Part shown: in pieces, positions 25,386-34,581 of the stretch
Numbering within the stretch: the first letter of the stretch is position 1
Layout: every line of letters starts with the position of its first letter
From: an uncultured bacterium
GTDB lineage: Bacteria; Patescibacteriota; Saccharimonadia; Saccharimonadales; Saccharimonadaceae
Length of the DNA stretch: 61,139 nucleotides
Assembly: GCA_966211425.1 (NCBI GenBank)
Contig: CBIHNH010000001.1
Coordinates: forward strand, 1 to 61,139
Reading direction: 5' to 3'
Notes under the pieces: generated by a model
The model's input: only the letters and a program-made list of their open reading frames with translations
What the model was told of the DNA's origin: nothing
The model's database searches: none
Made by a program: the position numbers and the translations under genes

Positions 25386-25967
25386 GTGAAGCAACATATC
25401 ATCTACATCCCCGGTCTGGGTGATAAAAACGACGCGTTTCGTCAGTTTGCTCTCATGTTGTGGCGTCGTCCAAACATCGCCGTAACCCATGTGCCGATGC
25501 AGTGGCAGAACCATGACGAATCGTTTGAACAAAAGATGACACGCCTCGAGCAGACCATCGCTCGCTACCCGGACCGCCAGACGACACTCGTCGGTGAAAG
25601 TGCCGGTGGATCAGTCGCCATCACGGCACTTAAACGGTTTTCGGACCGAGTGGACTGGACAGTAACGATTTGCGGCATGAATCAAGGCGCAGCGAGCGTA
25701 AACCCGCGATATTTTAGTCAGAACCCAGCGTTTAAAGACTCGATGCTTGCGGTCGATGACACGCTGACAAAACTTACGCATGAGGATCGGGCAAGGATTT
25801 TCACTATTTATTCCAGCGGCGACCTGACGGTACGTCCGCACCACACAAAGCTGAAGGACGTAAGAGCGTTAGATATCAAGCTCCCGGGCCATTTGCTGTC
25901 TATTGCTGCGGTTCTGCTCGTGCGGTATCGTCTCGTAACTTCTGTCGCCAAAAACCTGAAAAACTAA
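25386..25967 (+). CDS. Small alpha/beta hydrolase
   Basis: GTG start 3 nt after the pheT stop. Nucleophile elbow GESAGGS and C-terminal LPGHLL. Confidence 0.75.
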   Translation: MKQHIIYIPGLGDKNDAFRQFALMLWRRPNIAVTHVPMQWQNHDESFEQKMTRLEQTIARYPDRQTTLVGESAGGSVAITALKRFSDRVDWTVTICGMNQGAASVNPRYFSQNPAFKDSMLAVDDTLTKLTHEDRARIFTIYSSGDLTVRPHHTKLKDVRALDIKLPGHLLSIAAVLLVRYRLVTSVAKNLKN

Positions 25968-27169
25968 GCAGCTGACTTGAGCCTTCGCCGACGCACGGCG
26001 TCGTCATGGTTTAGTCGTTCAACCACGACGTGCGACTGCTCAAAAACCTCCTGAGACAGTGTCTTGCCCTCATTTACGAAATCTTGGGCAACTCTGTTTC
26101 GGCCGCGAACGTAAAAGAGCGTCTGCAGATCAGCGATAGTTAGGTGACCGCCCGGGAGGGGTGTGACGCGAACGAGCGGGTTGTCGTAGTAGCGCCGCTC
26201 CCACCATGATTGGTTGGACGCAAAATCATTCTCAAAGGTACCGATGTGTTTGAGGGTTGTGCGCGGCGTGTGTTGCGACATTGCACCGGTTTCACCGCTA
26301 AAAATCGCACCACCGATCACAATTTGGTTCCGTACGCAGTCCGAGCGGATATCCAGTGTATGTGGATAGTATTTGAGACGAGCAAGCGTGAGGCTGCCGA
26401 CAAGTCGGTATATCTCCAGAGGTTCTCTGATGATTTGCTCGCCGAGAAGAGCGAGCTCTTTGACTGACCCAAGTTTTTCGGGGAGACAGGGGGCGATTTG
26501 ATCGGAAAAGATTATATCCTGAGCAAAGTCTTCCGCGAGCGCGTCGACACCTTCCCCCACCATACCGCCGCGCGATTCGCCGACATAAAACCGCTTCACG
26601 CTATCGAGATCATGGCCGTCTCGCCTCAACTCCTCCGTCATATGGTAGGAAAAGTTTAGTACCGCTGCGGCAGAATTGGCTAGCGTGATAGGTGATCTTC
26701 GGGGTGTTTCCTCTTGCGTTATGTAGCTTCCCTCGGCGCCGACGAACAGCACATAGTTACCATCGCGCATCAAGTTTCTTACTATGTGTTCGTTATGCCC
26801 ACGTAGGCTCGTCGTCCACGCGGAAGTTCCGATGACAGGGACGTTGCACCCTGATGTTTCGGGCGTACCAACCAGCGTGTCGTAGGTGTAGCCCTGGGCT
26901 GTGCGGATACCGATCCGGCGCAGTATTCCTACGCCGGGGATGGCCATCGGGTCGGCGTATTCGTCCCACAGGACGATTTCGCTATCGGTTCGCAGTTGCT
27001 CTATGTGTTCCGGCGTAAAGTACTCTTTCGCATCGTCTTTCAGCCTCGGGTTTTGGTACGATTCGAGTGTACGCTTGATCGTCGAGTCACGAAATGGTGA
27101 GGTGAGGTCCATGATGCTTTTTGGTTTTTTACTCCCGTTCTGTTCGTATGATAGACCTCGCGTAAGCAC
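25964..27169 (-). CDS. Hypothetical protein, alpha/beta-hydrolase-like
   Basis: 401-aa ORF (GTG 27169, alternative ATG 27112). GESRGGM elbow and PLPGGHL near the C-terminus. Its stop overlaps the stop of the convergent gene (CTAA). Confidence 0.7.
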   Translation of the reverse strand: MLTRGLSYEQNGSKKPKSIMDLTSPFRDSTIKRTLESYQNPRLKDDAKEYFTPEHIEQLRTDSEIVLWDEYADPMAIPGVGILRRIGIRTAQGYTYDTLVGTPETSGCNVPVIGTSAWTTSLRGHNEHIVRNLMRDGNYVLFVGAEGSYITQEETPRRSPITLANSAAAVLNFSYHMTEELRRDGHDLDSVKRFYVGESRGGMVGEGVDALAEDFAQDIIFSDQIAPCLPEKLGSVKELALLGEQIIREPLEIYRLVGSLTLARLKYYPHTLDIRSDCVRNQIVIGGAIFSGETGAMSQHTPRTTLKHIGTFENDFASNQSWWERRYYDNPLVRVTPLPGGHLTIADLQTLFYVRGRNRVAQDFVNEGKTLSQEVFEQSHVVVERLNHDDAVRRRRLKSAA

Positions 27170-27229
27170 TTTGCAATACGAAAACGGCGCCGGTTTTCCT
27201 AACAGGGGTAGTGTATACTGGACGACAAG

Positions 27230-27748
27230 ATGAAACTATTGTCACGAGCATTTCATGCGGCCCGTTATTTTGCGGTAGGGCTTCGCGGTCCACGTAAAAG
27301 CGCTCGCGTCCTTATCGTAGAGAACGGAAAACTGCTTGTGTTTCTTCGCAAGCGCTTCAGCAGAGTAACGGGTGAATGGATCGAGTATTATAGTATCCCT
27401 GGCGGCGGCATCGACAAAGGCGAGCAGGCTGAACATGCGGCTATTCGTGAACTACGTGAAGAAATGGGCGTTGGTATTGCGCTCGATGGACTGGTTGCGC
27501 ACCGAATAGGTAAGAGCTTCGAACATTTTGTTTACCATGGGCATATCGACTCTGGCAGGCCGAGGTTAATGGCTGACTCTGAGGAGGCGTCCTATATGAG
27601 CGAAAAAAATCAGTACATCGTAATGTGGGTAGATGTTGCGAGTCTAACGGTAGAAAATCTGCGTTACTATAGTGACTACCTTAAGTTGATCCAGCGCCTA
27701 AGCGCAGGCGAAGTCCCGCAGGAAGTTCTGCGGATCGACGTTAGATAA
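27230..27748 (+). CDS. NUDIX hydrolase
   Basis: Nudix box GGGIDKGEQAEHAAIRELREEMGV. Confidence 0.88.
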   Translation: MKLLSRAFHAARYFAVGLRGPRKSARVLIVENGKLLVFLRKRFSRVTGEWIEYYSIPGGGIDKGEQAEHAAIRELREEMGVGIALDGLVAHRIGKSFEHFVYHGHIDSGRPRLMADSEEASYMSEKNQYIVMWVDVASLTVENLRYYSDYLKLIQRLSAGEVPQEVLRIDVR

Positions 27749-27793
27749 CATGTATACTAGAAAGAGTTTTTTAGAAAATTTAGGAGGATAGTA

Positions 27794-28339
27794 GTGGCAA
27801 CAAAAACAAGCCAACGAGTTGGTATTTGGATTATTGCGATCGTAATGACAGTGGGTACGCTCGGCGCATTTTTCTTGCCCGTACTCGTAAACGATAGCCA
27901 GAATCAAGAAAGTCTGGAAACCCAAAAACAGTTAGATGAACTGCGCAAGCAAGCCGCACAAACCTCCGAGCCGCTTGATGGCTACAGTGCGGAACCGTTT
28001 GATGCAGCTAGCGTTACAGAGCTCAAGGTGGAGACTCTGAAAGAGGGAAATGGCGAAGTCGCGGCAACACCAACCTCAACAGTAACGGCTAACTACTTCG
28101 GCTGGACAAGCGATGGTGAAATCTTTGACAGTTCAAAAAAGAGTGGTACTGCAACGCCGATTCCATTCGGCCTTGACCAAGTTATTGCAGGTTGGACCGA
28201 AGGGCTGACGGGTGCGAAAGCAGGTGGTGTCTACAAACTTACTATCCCAGCCGATAAGGCCTATGGTGATGTCGACGATGGCAGCGGTCGACCGACTGGC
28301 CCGCTTGCGTTTATCGTCGAAGTTCAAAAGGTCGAATAA
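27794..28339 (+). CDS. Membrane-anchored FKBP-type peptidyl-prolyl cis-trans isomerase
   Basis: GTG start with AGGAGG SD. N-terminal TM. FKBP core YFGWTSDGEIFDSS...FGLDQVIAGWTEGL...YKLTIPADKAYG. Confidence 0.88.
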   Translation: MATKTSQRVGIWIIAIVMTVGTLGAFFLPVLVNDSQNQESLETQKQLDELRKQAAQTSEPLDGYSAEPFDAASVTELKVETLKEGNGEVAATPTSTVTANYFGWTSDGEIFDSSKKSGTATPIPFGLDQVIAGWTEGLTGAKAGGVYKLTIPADKAYGDVDDGSGRPTGPLAFIVEVQKVE

Positions 28340-28433
28340 AGCGACGAAAAAACAACATATAGCGTCTTGAATAAAACCATAGGCGCTATATAATGTGTTT
28401 ATAAGGTAAAATCAACGAAAAAGGGATAAGGTT

Positions 28434-28685
28434 ATGGCAAAAAAGATCACGATCTATACGCGCACCACCTGCAGCTACTGCACACAGGTGAAAAAACTAC
28501 TCGATATGAAGGGTAAGTCTTATGATGTTATCAACATCGATGATGATCGTGATGCCGAGGCTGCTATCATCGCTAAGAGTGGCGCCCGTACTGTACCGGT
28601 TGTGACCGTAACTGATGAGTCAGGTGACGAACAGGTTGCGAGTATCGGTTGGAATCCGGGAGCATTACTCTCGGCGGTAGCGTAA
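28434..28685 (+). CDS. Glutaredoxin-like protein (NrdH/Grx family)
   Basis: 83 aa. Active site CSYC and cis-Pro motif RTVPVV. Confidence 0.85.
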   Translation: MAKKITIYTRTTCSYCTQVKKLLDMKGKSYDVINIDDDRDAEAAIIAKSGARTVPVVTVTDESGDEQVASIGWNPGALLSAVA

Positions 28686-28689
28686 TTGT

Positions 28690-29631
28690 ATGGAACCCGA
28701 TACGAAACTTCATGATGTTGTTATGGTTGGTGCCGGACCGAGTGCGCTGGCCGCGGCCGTCTACACGACCCGAGAAGATGTTGATACCGTACTGCTGGAA
28801 AAAGGCGTCATTGGTGGCCTCGCTGCAATAACCGACTGGGTTGATAACTACCCAGGATTTACCGATGGTATCGAGGGCATGAAGCTCGCCGATCAGCTGC
28901 AGGGCCAGGCTGAGCGTTTCGGTGCTGATATCCGTTTCGGTGACGTCACGGGCATCATCGATAACGGTGACCATAAAATCGTTACGACGACCGATGGAGA
29001 GCTTAAGGCAAAGGCGGTGTTAATTGCTACTGGTAGTGACTACAAAAAGCTCGGCATACCCGGTGAAAAAGAGTTTTACGCCAAAGGTGTACACTACTGC
29101 GCAACGTGTGATGGCGCATTTTATCGTGACAAGAAGCTTGTCGTAGTCGGCGGCGGAAACTCCGCGGTGCAAGAAGCTATTTTCCTGACCCGTTTCACAA
29201 GCCATATCGACCTGCTTGTCCGCTCGACCATCAAGGCAAGCGAAATACTTCAGCGTGACCTACAAAAGTACGTTGACGAAGGTAAGATCACTGTTCACCT
29301 AGACACATCCACCGATGAAATAATTGCCAGTGACGGAGAGAATGTCGATACGGTCATAGGTACTCAGAACGGCGAGAAGGTCAAGTTCGAAACCGACGGT
29401 GTATTTATCTTTGTTGGACTTTTGCCGAATACCGGTTTCTTGAAAGATACAAAAGTCGCCCTGGACGAGGTTGGCCTCATAAAAACCGATAGCGATCTCC
29501 AGACAACGGTTCGGGGCATCTTTGCAAGCGGTGATGTCCGTAGCGGTGCTACGATGCAGATTGCGAGTGCTGTCGGCGAGGGTGCCACGGTCGCACTCAA
29601 GATGCGCGAATATCTCGAGGGAAAGCTCTAA
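28690..29631 (+). CDS. trxB: Thioredoxin-disulfide reductase
   Basis: GAGPSALAAAVY, redox centre CATCDG, GGGNSAVQEA, GDV...Q. Confidence 0.94.
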   Translation: MEPDTKLHDVVMVGAGPSALAAAVYTTREDVDTVLLEKGVIGGLAAITDWVDNYPGFTDGIEGMKLADQLQGQAERFGADIRFGDVTGIIDNGDHKIVTTTDGELKAKAVLIATGSDYKKLGIPGEKEFYAKGVHYCATCDGAFYRDKKLVVVGGGNSAVQEAIFLTRFTSHIDLLVRSTIKASEILQRDLQKYVDEGKITVHLDTSTDEIIASDGENVDTVIGTQNGEKVKFETDGVFIFVGLLPNTGFLKDTKVALDEVGLIKTDSDLQTTVRGIFASGDVRSGATMQIASAVGEGATVALKMREYLEGKL

Positions 29632-30329
29632 GCTCTTTTTTCCAGTTGCTCACGTAGGCGAGCCGGGTAGTCGGTAACAACGGCATCGATGTCGCGCTCC
29701 GCAAGTTTCTCCGCGGCCGAAGCACGGTTAACGGTGTAGGCGTACGTGAAGAGATCGAGGCGCCTTGCTATCTCTAGTGCGATCGTACTGATGTACAGCC
29801 GATGAAAGCCGACCGCCGAAAGGTTCAATAAGCGGTTCCAGCCAAGAAATCCGAGCGGGTTACGGTAGTGTAGCATCGCAAGTGCTGCGTGTGGCGCGCG
29901 CTGTCTTATCGCACGGAGAGCCAGAGGCTTGAAAGAGCTAAAAAGGATGCTATCCCAGTCGGCTGGTTTTGGGGCGTGTTTTCTGATCACTTCTAGTGTT
30001 GGCTCGACAGCCCGTACCTCTTTTATTTCGATGTTGAGATAGATAGCACCAAAACATTCCTGGAGCGCTTTGTCGAGCGTTGTGATCGGATAATCACTGG
30101 CGATGGTTTGTTCTTCGAGCTCGGCTAGCGTATAGCGGCGCAGGAAAGCTAGCTCGCGTTTACGTGTCCCGAAGAGATGAGCATTATGATATAGGATCGG
30201 GATACGGTCCTGGGTTAAGCGAACATCAAACTCAACCATATCGGCGTCAGCTTCTATGGCAGCCCGAAGGCTCGGTATAGTATTTTCCGGCTTCGTACCC
30301 TGTGAGCCGCGGTGACCGATAATCAGCAT
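29628..30329 (-). CDS. Glycerophosphodiester phosphodiesterase family protein
   Basis: IGHRGSQGTKPENT and MVEFDVRLTQD motifs of the GDPD family. Confidence 0.88.
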   Translation of the reverse strand: MLIIGHRGSQGTKPENTIPSLRAAIEADADMVEFDVRLTQDRIPILYHNAHLFGTRKRELAFLRRYTLAELEEQTIASDYPITTLDKALQECFGAIYLNIEIKEVRAVEPTLEVIRKHAPKPADWDSILFSSFKPLALRAIRQRAPHAALAMLHYRNPLGFLGWNRLLNLSAVGFHRLYISTIALEIARRLDLFTYAYTVNRASAAEKLAERDIDAVVTDYPARLREQLEKRA

Positions 30330-30360
30330 AATCTTACGGCCTATTTTAACCTATGAGGGG

Positions 30361-31359
30361 CTATTTCACGTGCTGCGAAAAAAACTTTTCGAGTTGCTTG
30401 ATGATAGTCTTGTTTGTGGTTTCGAGGGCAATCTCGCGTGTACCGAGGAGAACGCCGGCATGTACGAAGTTGTGGGAGCCGGTGAGGGCAACTTTTTTAC
30501 CGCCAGGTAGCGTAAATATAATGAATTTCGAGTGCAGATAGGGTCGCCGATGGTACGCGGTGTGCTGTTTGCTCGTGAGCATGCCGAGTCGGATGACGAA
30601 GCGATTAAGGAAGCCGGCGTTCGTCCAGTGGTTAAAGTACAGATCACTATCGGTCTTTTTTAGAAGTCGGCTCAGTTTGCCGGTTGGACAATACTGAGAT
30701 ACGAGTGTGACATGTGTGGCTCTCTCTGCCCAGTAGCAGGCGCGTCGGTAGATGATCGAGTCGCCGATCATGCCGCCGTCGAGCAACACCATATTGTCCT
30801 CATCACCGAATTGGTGTGAGCGATAAGCGTGGTTGGATCGATCTGCTTTTATGATCCGCTTTTGTTCTTCGATGAGACGTGATGCGAGCTCTTCATTTTT
30901 GGTGACGAACATATAGTCTGTGTTCTCGACGCTTCTTTGATCGAGGCCGACACCACCAAAACTATAGACCGTGTCGTCGACAATGCACCATTTTATGTGG
31001 GTTCGTCCTGAAAACGCCACCATACTCAGCCGGCCGAGCCAGTTAAACTGAGCACCAGCTTTTCTGAGCTTCTTTCGGGTCTCCATGGCGTCACGTACTC
31101 GCTGGCTGCGATACGTTGTTGGAATGTATGATCCCTGGAAATCGGTGTATGTAAAACTGTCGCCCGCAACGTCGACTTCAACACCGCGCTTCGCCGCGTC
31201 GCATAGCGCGTCGATCAGTTCATCGGTGGAGTCATCTTCGATTAGTATCAATGTCATAACCGAGACGCGTTTTTTTGCTTTTCGGATTTGGTTTGTCGCG
31301 TCTTGGAGGTAGTCTCGTGGCAATATTAGTTTAAATGTTGGCTGCATAGCAGAGCTCAT
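30361..31359 (-). CDS. Phospholipase D / cardiolipin-synthase-like protein (two HKD motifs)
   Basis: HIKWCIVDD and HSKFIIF...GSHNF (HxK(x)4D x2). The ORF extends to GTG 31407, but ATG 31359 leaves room for the divergent ppa promoter. The start is uncertain. Confidence 0.82.
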   Translation of the reverse strand: MSSAMQPTFKLILPRDYLQDATNQIRKAKKRVSVMTLILIEDDSTDELIDALCDAAKRGVEVDVAGDSFTYTDFQGSYIPTTYRSQRVRDAMETRKKLRKAGAQFNWLGRLSMVAFSGRTHIKWCIVDDTVYSFGGVGLDQRSVENTDYMFVTKNEELASRLIEEQKRIIKADRSNHAYRSHQFGDEDNMVLLDGGMIGDSIIYRRACYWAERATHVTLVSQYCPTGKLSRLLKKTDSDLYFNHWTNAGFLNRFVIRLGMLTSKQHTAYHRRPYLHSKFIIFTLPGGKKVALTGSHNFVHAGVLLGTREIALETTNKTIIKQLEKFFSQHVK

Positions 31360-31425
31360 TATATCCCGAGAACCGTAAAACTGATAAACTAGAGGCCAGA
31401 ATACCACAAAGGCGAAGGAGTAAAT

Positions 31426-31956
31426 ATGCCTGATTTTAATAAAGTTCTGACTCCAGGCTCTGTCGAAAAGGGCCTCGTCAACACCGTTATCGAAATACCG
31501 AAATGGTCAACCCTAAAAATCGAATGGAACCGTGATATCGCAGCCTTTCAGCTCGATCGCGTCGAGCCAAGTATTTTTGCGAAGCCGGTCAACTACGGTT
31601 TTATCCCTCAGACACTCGACGAAGATGGAGATGAGCTGGATACGCTTGTACTCACGAACGATCCGATTCCAACCGGTGTTTTCCTCGAAGCGCACGTGGT
31701 CGGCGTACTGAAGTTTGAGGATGATGGTGAGGTTGATGACAAAATCGTGTGTGTTCCGGCTGACGATAGGAATACTGATGGTGCAATCATGACGCTCGAC
31801 GATCTGCACGATCGCTGGCGTCAAAAGATTGAGCATCACTTTACCCACTACAAAGATCTCAAAAAGCCTGGTTCGACAAAGGTGCTCGGATGGGGCGATA
31901 AAGAAGAGGCCAAGCGCATTATAGGGGAGTGTATCGACCGCTACCAGCAGCGATAA
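31426..31956 (+). CDS. ppa: Inorganic pyrophosphatase (family I)
   Basis: VIEIPKWS..K.E, YGFIPQTLDEDGDELD, DDKIVCVPADD. AAGGAG SD. Confidence 0.93.
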   Translation: MPDFNKVLTPGSVEKGLVNTVIEIPKWSTLKIEWNRDIAAFQLDRVEPSIFAKPVNYGFIPQTLDEDGDELDTLVLTNDPIPTGVFLEAHVVGVLKFEDDGEVDDKIVCVPADDRNTDGAIMTLDDLHDRWRQKIEHHFTHYKDLKKPGSTKVLGWGDKEEAKRIIGECIDRYQQR

Positions 31957-31972
31957 ATTAGATCGTGTATAA

Positions 31973-32013
31973 AATCGTAAAACCGCGCCTGTTCAGGACG
32001 CGGTTTTACGATT
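31973..32013. terminator. Bidirectional terminator between convergent ppa and rel; its right arm contains the rel stop codon
   Basis: 15-bp stem AATCGTAAAACCGCG (31973-31987) / CGCGGTTTTACGATT (31999-32013). The rel TAA is at 32008-32006. Confidence 0.85.
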
Positions 32014-33472
32014 CTTTATTTAGCTGGGAGCGAAGCTTGTCCCGAGCATGACGGGTCATAACGAGATCAATCCAGTCTGGCTTTGGGTGGGCTGAACGTT
32101 TCTTTATCACCTCAACGGTATCACCGTGCCGAAGGTGGGTATCGAAGGGTACCATCTTGCCGTTGACTCGAAAACCGACTGCATTTTTGGCAACATCGCT
32201 ATGTATGCGGTAGGCGTAATCGAGCGGATAGGCGCCGGCCGGCATGTCGTAGATATCGCCGTTAGGCGAGTAGACAAATATCCGGTCGCCAAATAGATCG
32301 ACCTTTAGGAGGTCGACGTTGGCTTCTTTACCCTCACTGATCTGAGCTGCGACTTCTTGCAGCTGCCGAATCCAGGCGAGGTCGGCGGGCATAGCGGCAA
32401 TGTGACCGCGACGGTACGCGTCAGAGAGCTTTTGCTCGTTGTAGTGAAAGCTAGCCGCAAGTCCTCGTTCGGCGTAGTCGTGCATTTGGGTGGTCCTGAT
32501 TTGGAACTCCACTATCTGTTCGTTTTCAGTGATGATGGTCGTATGAAGGCTCTGGTAGCCGTTCGGCTTTGGACGGGCAATATAGTCTTTGATCCGGTTG
32601 ACCATCGGCCGGTGCATGGCGTGAATTATGCCCAGTGTTTTGTAGCAGGCTTCTGTGTCATCGACGACTATACGGAGTGCGATGAGGTCGTATATGTCGT
32701 CGATCGACTCGACTTTTTTCATCTTTTTATAGAGGCTATAGACACTTTTTATCCGACCATCCATCGTGTGTAAAACGCCCTCTTTGTCGAGTGTAATGTT
32801 TACGTCATGACGAACCCGCGCTAGCTTGCGGTGGCTCTTACCGAGACGATCTTTCATGAGCTTACGGAGACGTTTGAACTCTTTCGGTTCGAGGTAGGAA
32901 AATGCTAGCTCTTCGAGCTGTACGCGAACACGCCCCATGTTGAGGCGGTCGGCGAGCGGCGCGAAGACCTCCAGGGTTTCGCGGGCGATCTTGAGTTGTT
33001 TATCGCGCGGCATATGCTCGAGCGTCTGCATGTTGTGGAGACGATCCGCTAGTTTGATGATAATAACGCGTATATCCTGGCCGACAGCGATCAGAAGCTT
33101 GGTCAAGTTGTCTTTTGTGGCAGGAAGGTAGCTTGACAGGTCGCGCATACCCGAACGAGCTTTGCTGACCTTGGTTACGCCATCGACGAGAAATGCGACG
33201 TCTCGGCCAAACAGCGCTTCAATGTCGCGAAGACTGGCCTCCGTATCCTCGACCGTATCGTGGAGAACTCCTGCCAGTACTGTGTCGATATCCATTCCCC
33301 AATCGATAAGGATGGCGGTGACGGCGAGCGGGTGCATGATATACGGTTCACCGCTTTTGCGTTTTTGTCCCGTGTGTTTTTCGGTGGCGAAATCAATAGC
33401 GCTGATCAGCTCAGTTATTTCATTTTCCGTATAAAGTGCCGACGCCAATCGCACTAGTTCGCGCTTTTTCAT
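32006..33472 (-). CDS. rel: Bifunctional (p)ppGpp synthetase/hydrolase of the RelA/SpoT family, C-terminally short (ends after the TGS domain)
   Basis: HD hydrolase (HPLAV..., HDTVEDT, RLHNM), synthetase (IKSVYSLYKKM, DLIALRIVV, GYQSLHTT, EFQIRT), TGS (VYSPNGDIYDMPAGAYPLDYAYRIHSDV). 488 aa only. Confidence 0.92.
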   Translation of the reverse strand: MKKRELVRLASALYTENEITELISAIDFATEKHTGQKRKSGEPYIMHPLAVTAILIDWGMDIDTVLAGVLHDTVEDTEASLRDIEALFGRDVAFLVDGVTKVSKARSGMRDLSSYLPATKDNLTKLLIAVGQDIRVIIIKLADRLHNMQTLEHMPRDKQLKIARETLEVFAPLADRLNMGRVRVQLEELAFSYLEPKEFKRLRKLMKDRLGKSHRKLARVRHDVNITLDKEGVLHTMDGRIKSVYSLYKKMKKVESIDDIYDLIALRIVVDDTEACYKTLGIIHAMHRPMVNRIKDYIARPKPNGYQSLHTTIITENEQIVEFQIRTTQMHDYAERGLAASFHYNEQKLSDAYRRGHIAAMPADLAWIRQLQEVAAQISEGKEANVDLLKVDLFGDRIFVYSPNGDIYDMPAGAYPLDYAYRIHSDVAKNAVGFRVNGKMVPFDTHLRHGDTVEVIKKRSAHPKPDWIDLVMTRHARDKLRSQLNKES

Positions 33473-33478
33473 ACCTCA

Positions 33479-33519
33479 AGTATAAGCTATTTTACAGAGA
33501 AGGCGAGGCGGTATATAAT
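33479..33519. promoter_or_regulatory. Divergent promoter region of rel (-) and gap (+)
   Basis: Minus strand GCTTATACT-TGAGGT-ATG(33472), a -10 box 6 nt from the ATG (33484-33479). Plus strand TATAAT at 33514-33519 with an SD-containing leader to ATG 33563. Confidence 0.45.
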
Positions 33520-33562
33520 CAACATCAAAGGGCTAATGCTTGTAACACGTAAAGGGGCTGAC

Positions 33563-34576
33563 ATGGCAAATCGGATAGCAATCAATGGATTTGGACGAAT
33601 CGGACGCAATGCGTTTAAGATCGCGTTTGATCGTAATGATATCGAAGTGGTCGCGATCAACGATCTAACGGACAACAGGACGCTTGCACATCTGCTCAAG
33701 CACGACTCGTCGTATGGTGAATACGACCACCAAGTTTCTTTTGACGATGATTCGATTACGGTTGATGGCAAACGAATACAGACATTTGCCGAGACCGATC
33801 CAGCTGCTTTGCCGTGGGGTGATCTCAGTATCGATGTGGTCATCGAATCGACTGGTTTTTTTGTTGATCCAGCAAAAGCAAGGGCGCATATTGACCCAGC
33901 TGGAGCGAAAAAAGTTATCATCAGTGCGCCTGCAAAAGGTGATGGCGCCGATACGATCGTACTCGGCGTGAACGATGAAAAGGTCAAAGACGGCACAACC
34001 GACGTTATCAGTAATGCTAGCTGTACGACAAACTGCATAACACCGGTGATGGCGGTACTCGAAAGTAACTTTGGCATCGACAAGGCAATGATGACGACTA
34101 TCCATAGCTATACAGCGAGCCAGAAATTACAGGACGCACCGGCAAAAGATCTTCGTGAGGCGCGAGCGGCTGCTGAGAATATCGTCCCCACTACTACCGG
34201 TGCGAGTATCGCTGCGGCGAAGGCGATGCCGGCGCTGGAAAATCGCTTTGGCGGGCTGAGTGTCCGCGTCCCAACCCCTGTCGTGAGCATGAGTGACTTT
34301 GTGGTTGTACTGAAGCGTGACGTAACGGTCGAAGAGATCAATGATACGTTCAAGAAAGCAGCAAACGAGCCATTTTACCAGGGCATCCTCGCCGTCACCG
34401 AGGAAGAGCTCGTCTCCTCAGATTTTAAAGGCAACTCGCATAGCTGTATTGTCGATCTTCCGCTGACTGCAGTAGTTGGCGGCAACATGGTCAAGGTCGT
34501 CGCCTGGTACGACAACGAATGGGGTTATAGTAACCGCCTCGTCGAGCTGACGGCCGACGTCGCAAAAACGGTCTAG
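33563..34576 (+). CDS. gap: Glyceraldehyde-3-phosphate dehydrogenase
   Basis: MANRIAINGFGRIGRN, active site SNASCTTNC, WYDNEWGYS. ATG 33563 (AAGGGG SD) is preferred over ATG 33536. Confidence 0.96.
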   Translation: MANRIAINGFGRIGRNAFKIAFDRNDIEVVAINDLTDNRTLAHLLKHDSSYGEYDHQVSFDDDSITVDGKRIQTFAETDPAALPWGDLSIDVVIESTGFFVDPAKARAHIDPAGAKKVIISAPAKGDGADTIVLGVNDEKVKDGTTDVISNASCTTNCITPVMAVLESNFGIDKAMMTTIHSYTASQKLQDAPAKDLREARAAAENIVPTTTGASIAAAKAMPALENRFGGLSVRVPTPVVSMSDFVVVLKRDVTVEEINDTFKKAANEPFYQGILAVTEEELVSSDFKGNSHSCIVDLPLTAVVGGNMVKVVAWYDNEWGYSNRLVELTADVAKTV

Positions 34577-34581
34577 AATCT

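Noticed and set aside
27181-27197. The near-palindrome AAAACGGCGCCGGTTTT between the divergent 401-aa hydrolase-like gene and the NUDIX gene, considered as a terminator or operator.
   Set aside because: It lies between divergent starts, so it cannot be a terminator. It is imperfect (one extra G) and there is no adjacent regulator gene. It is noted only as a possible binding site.
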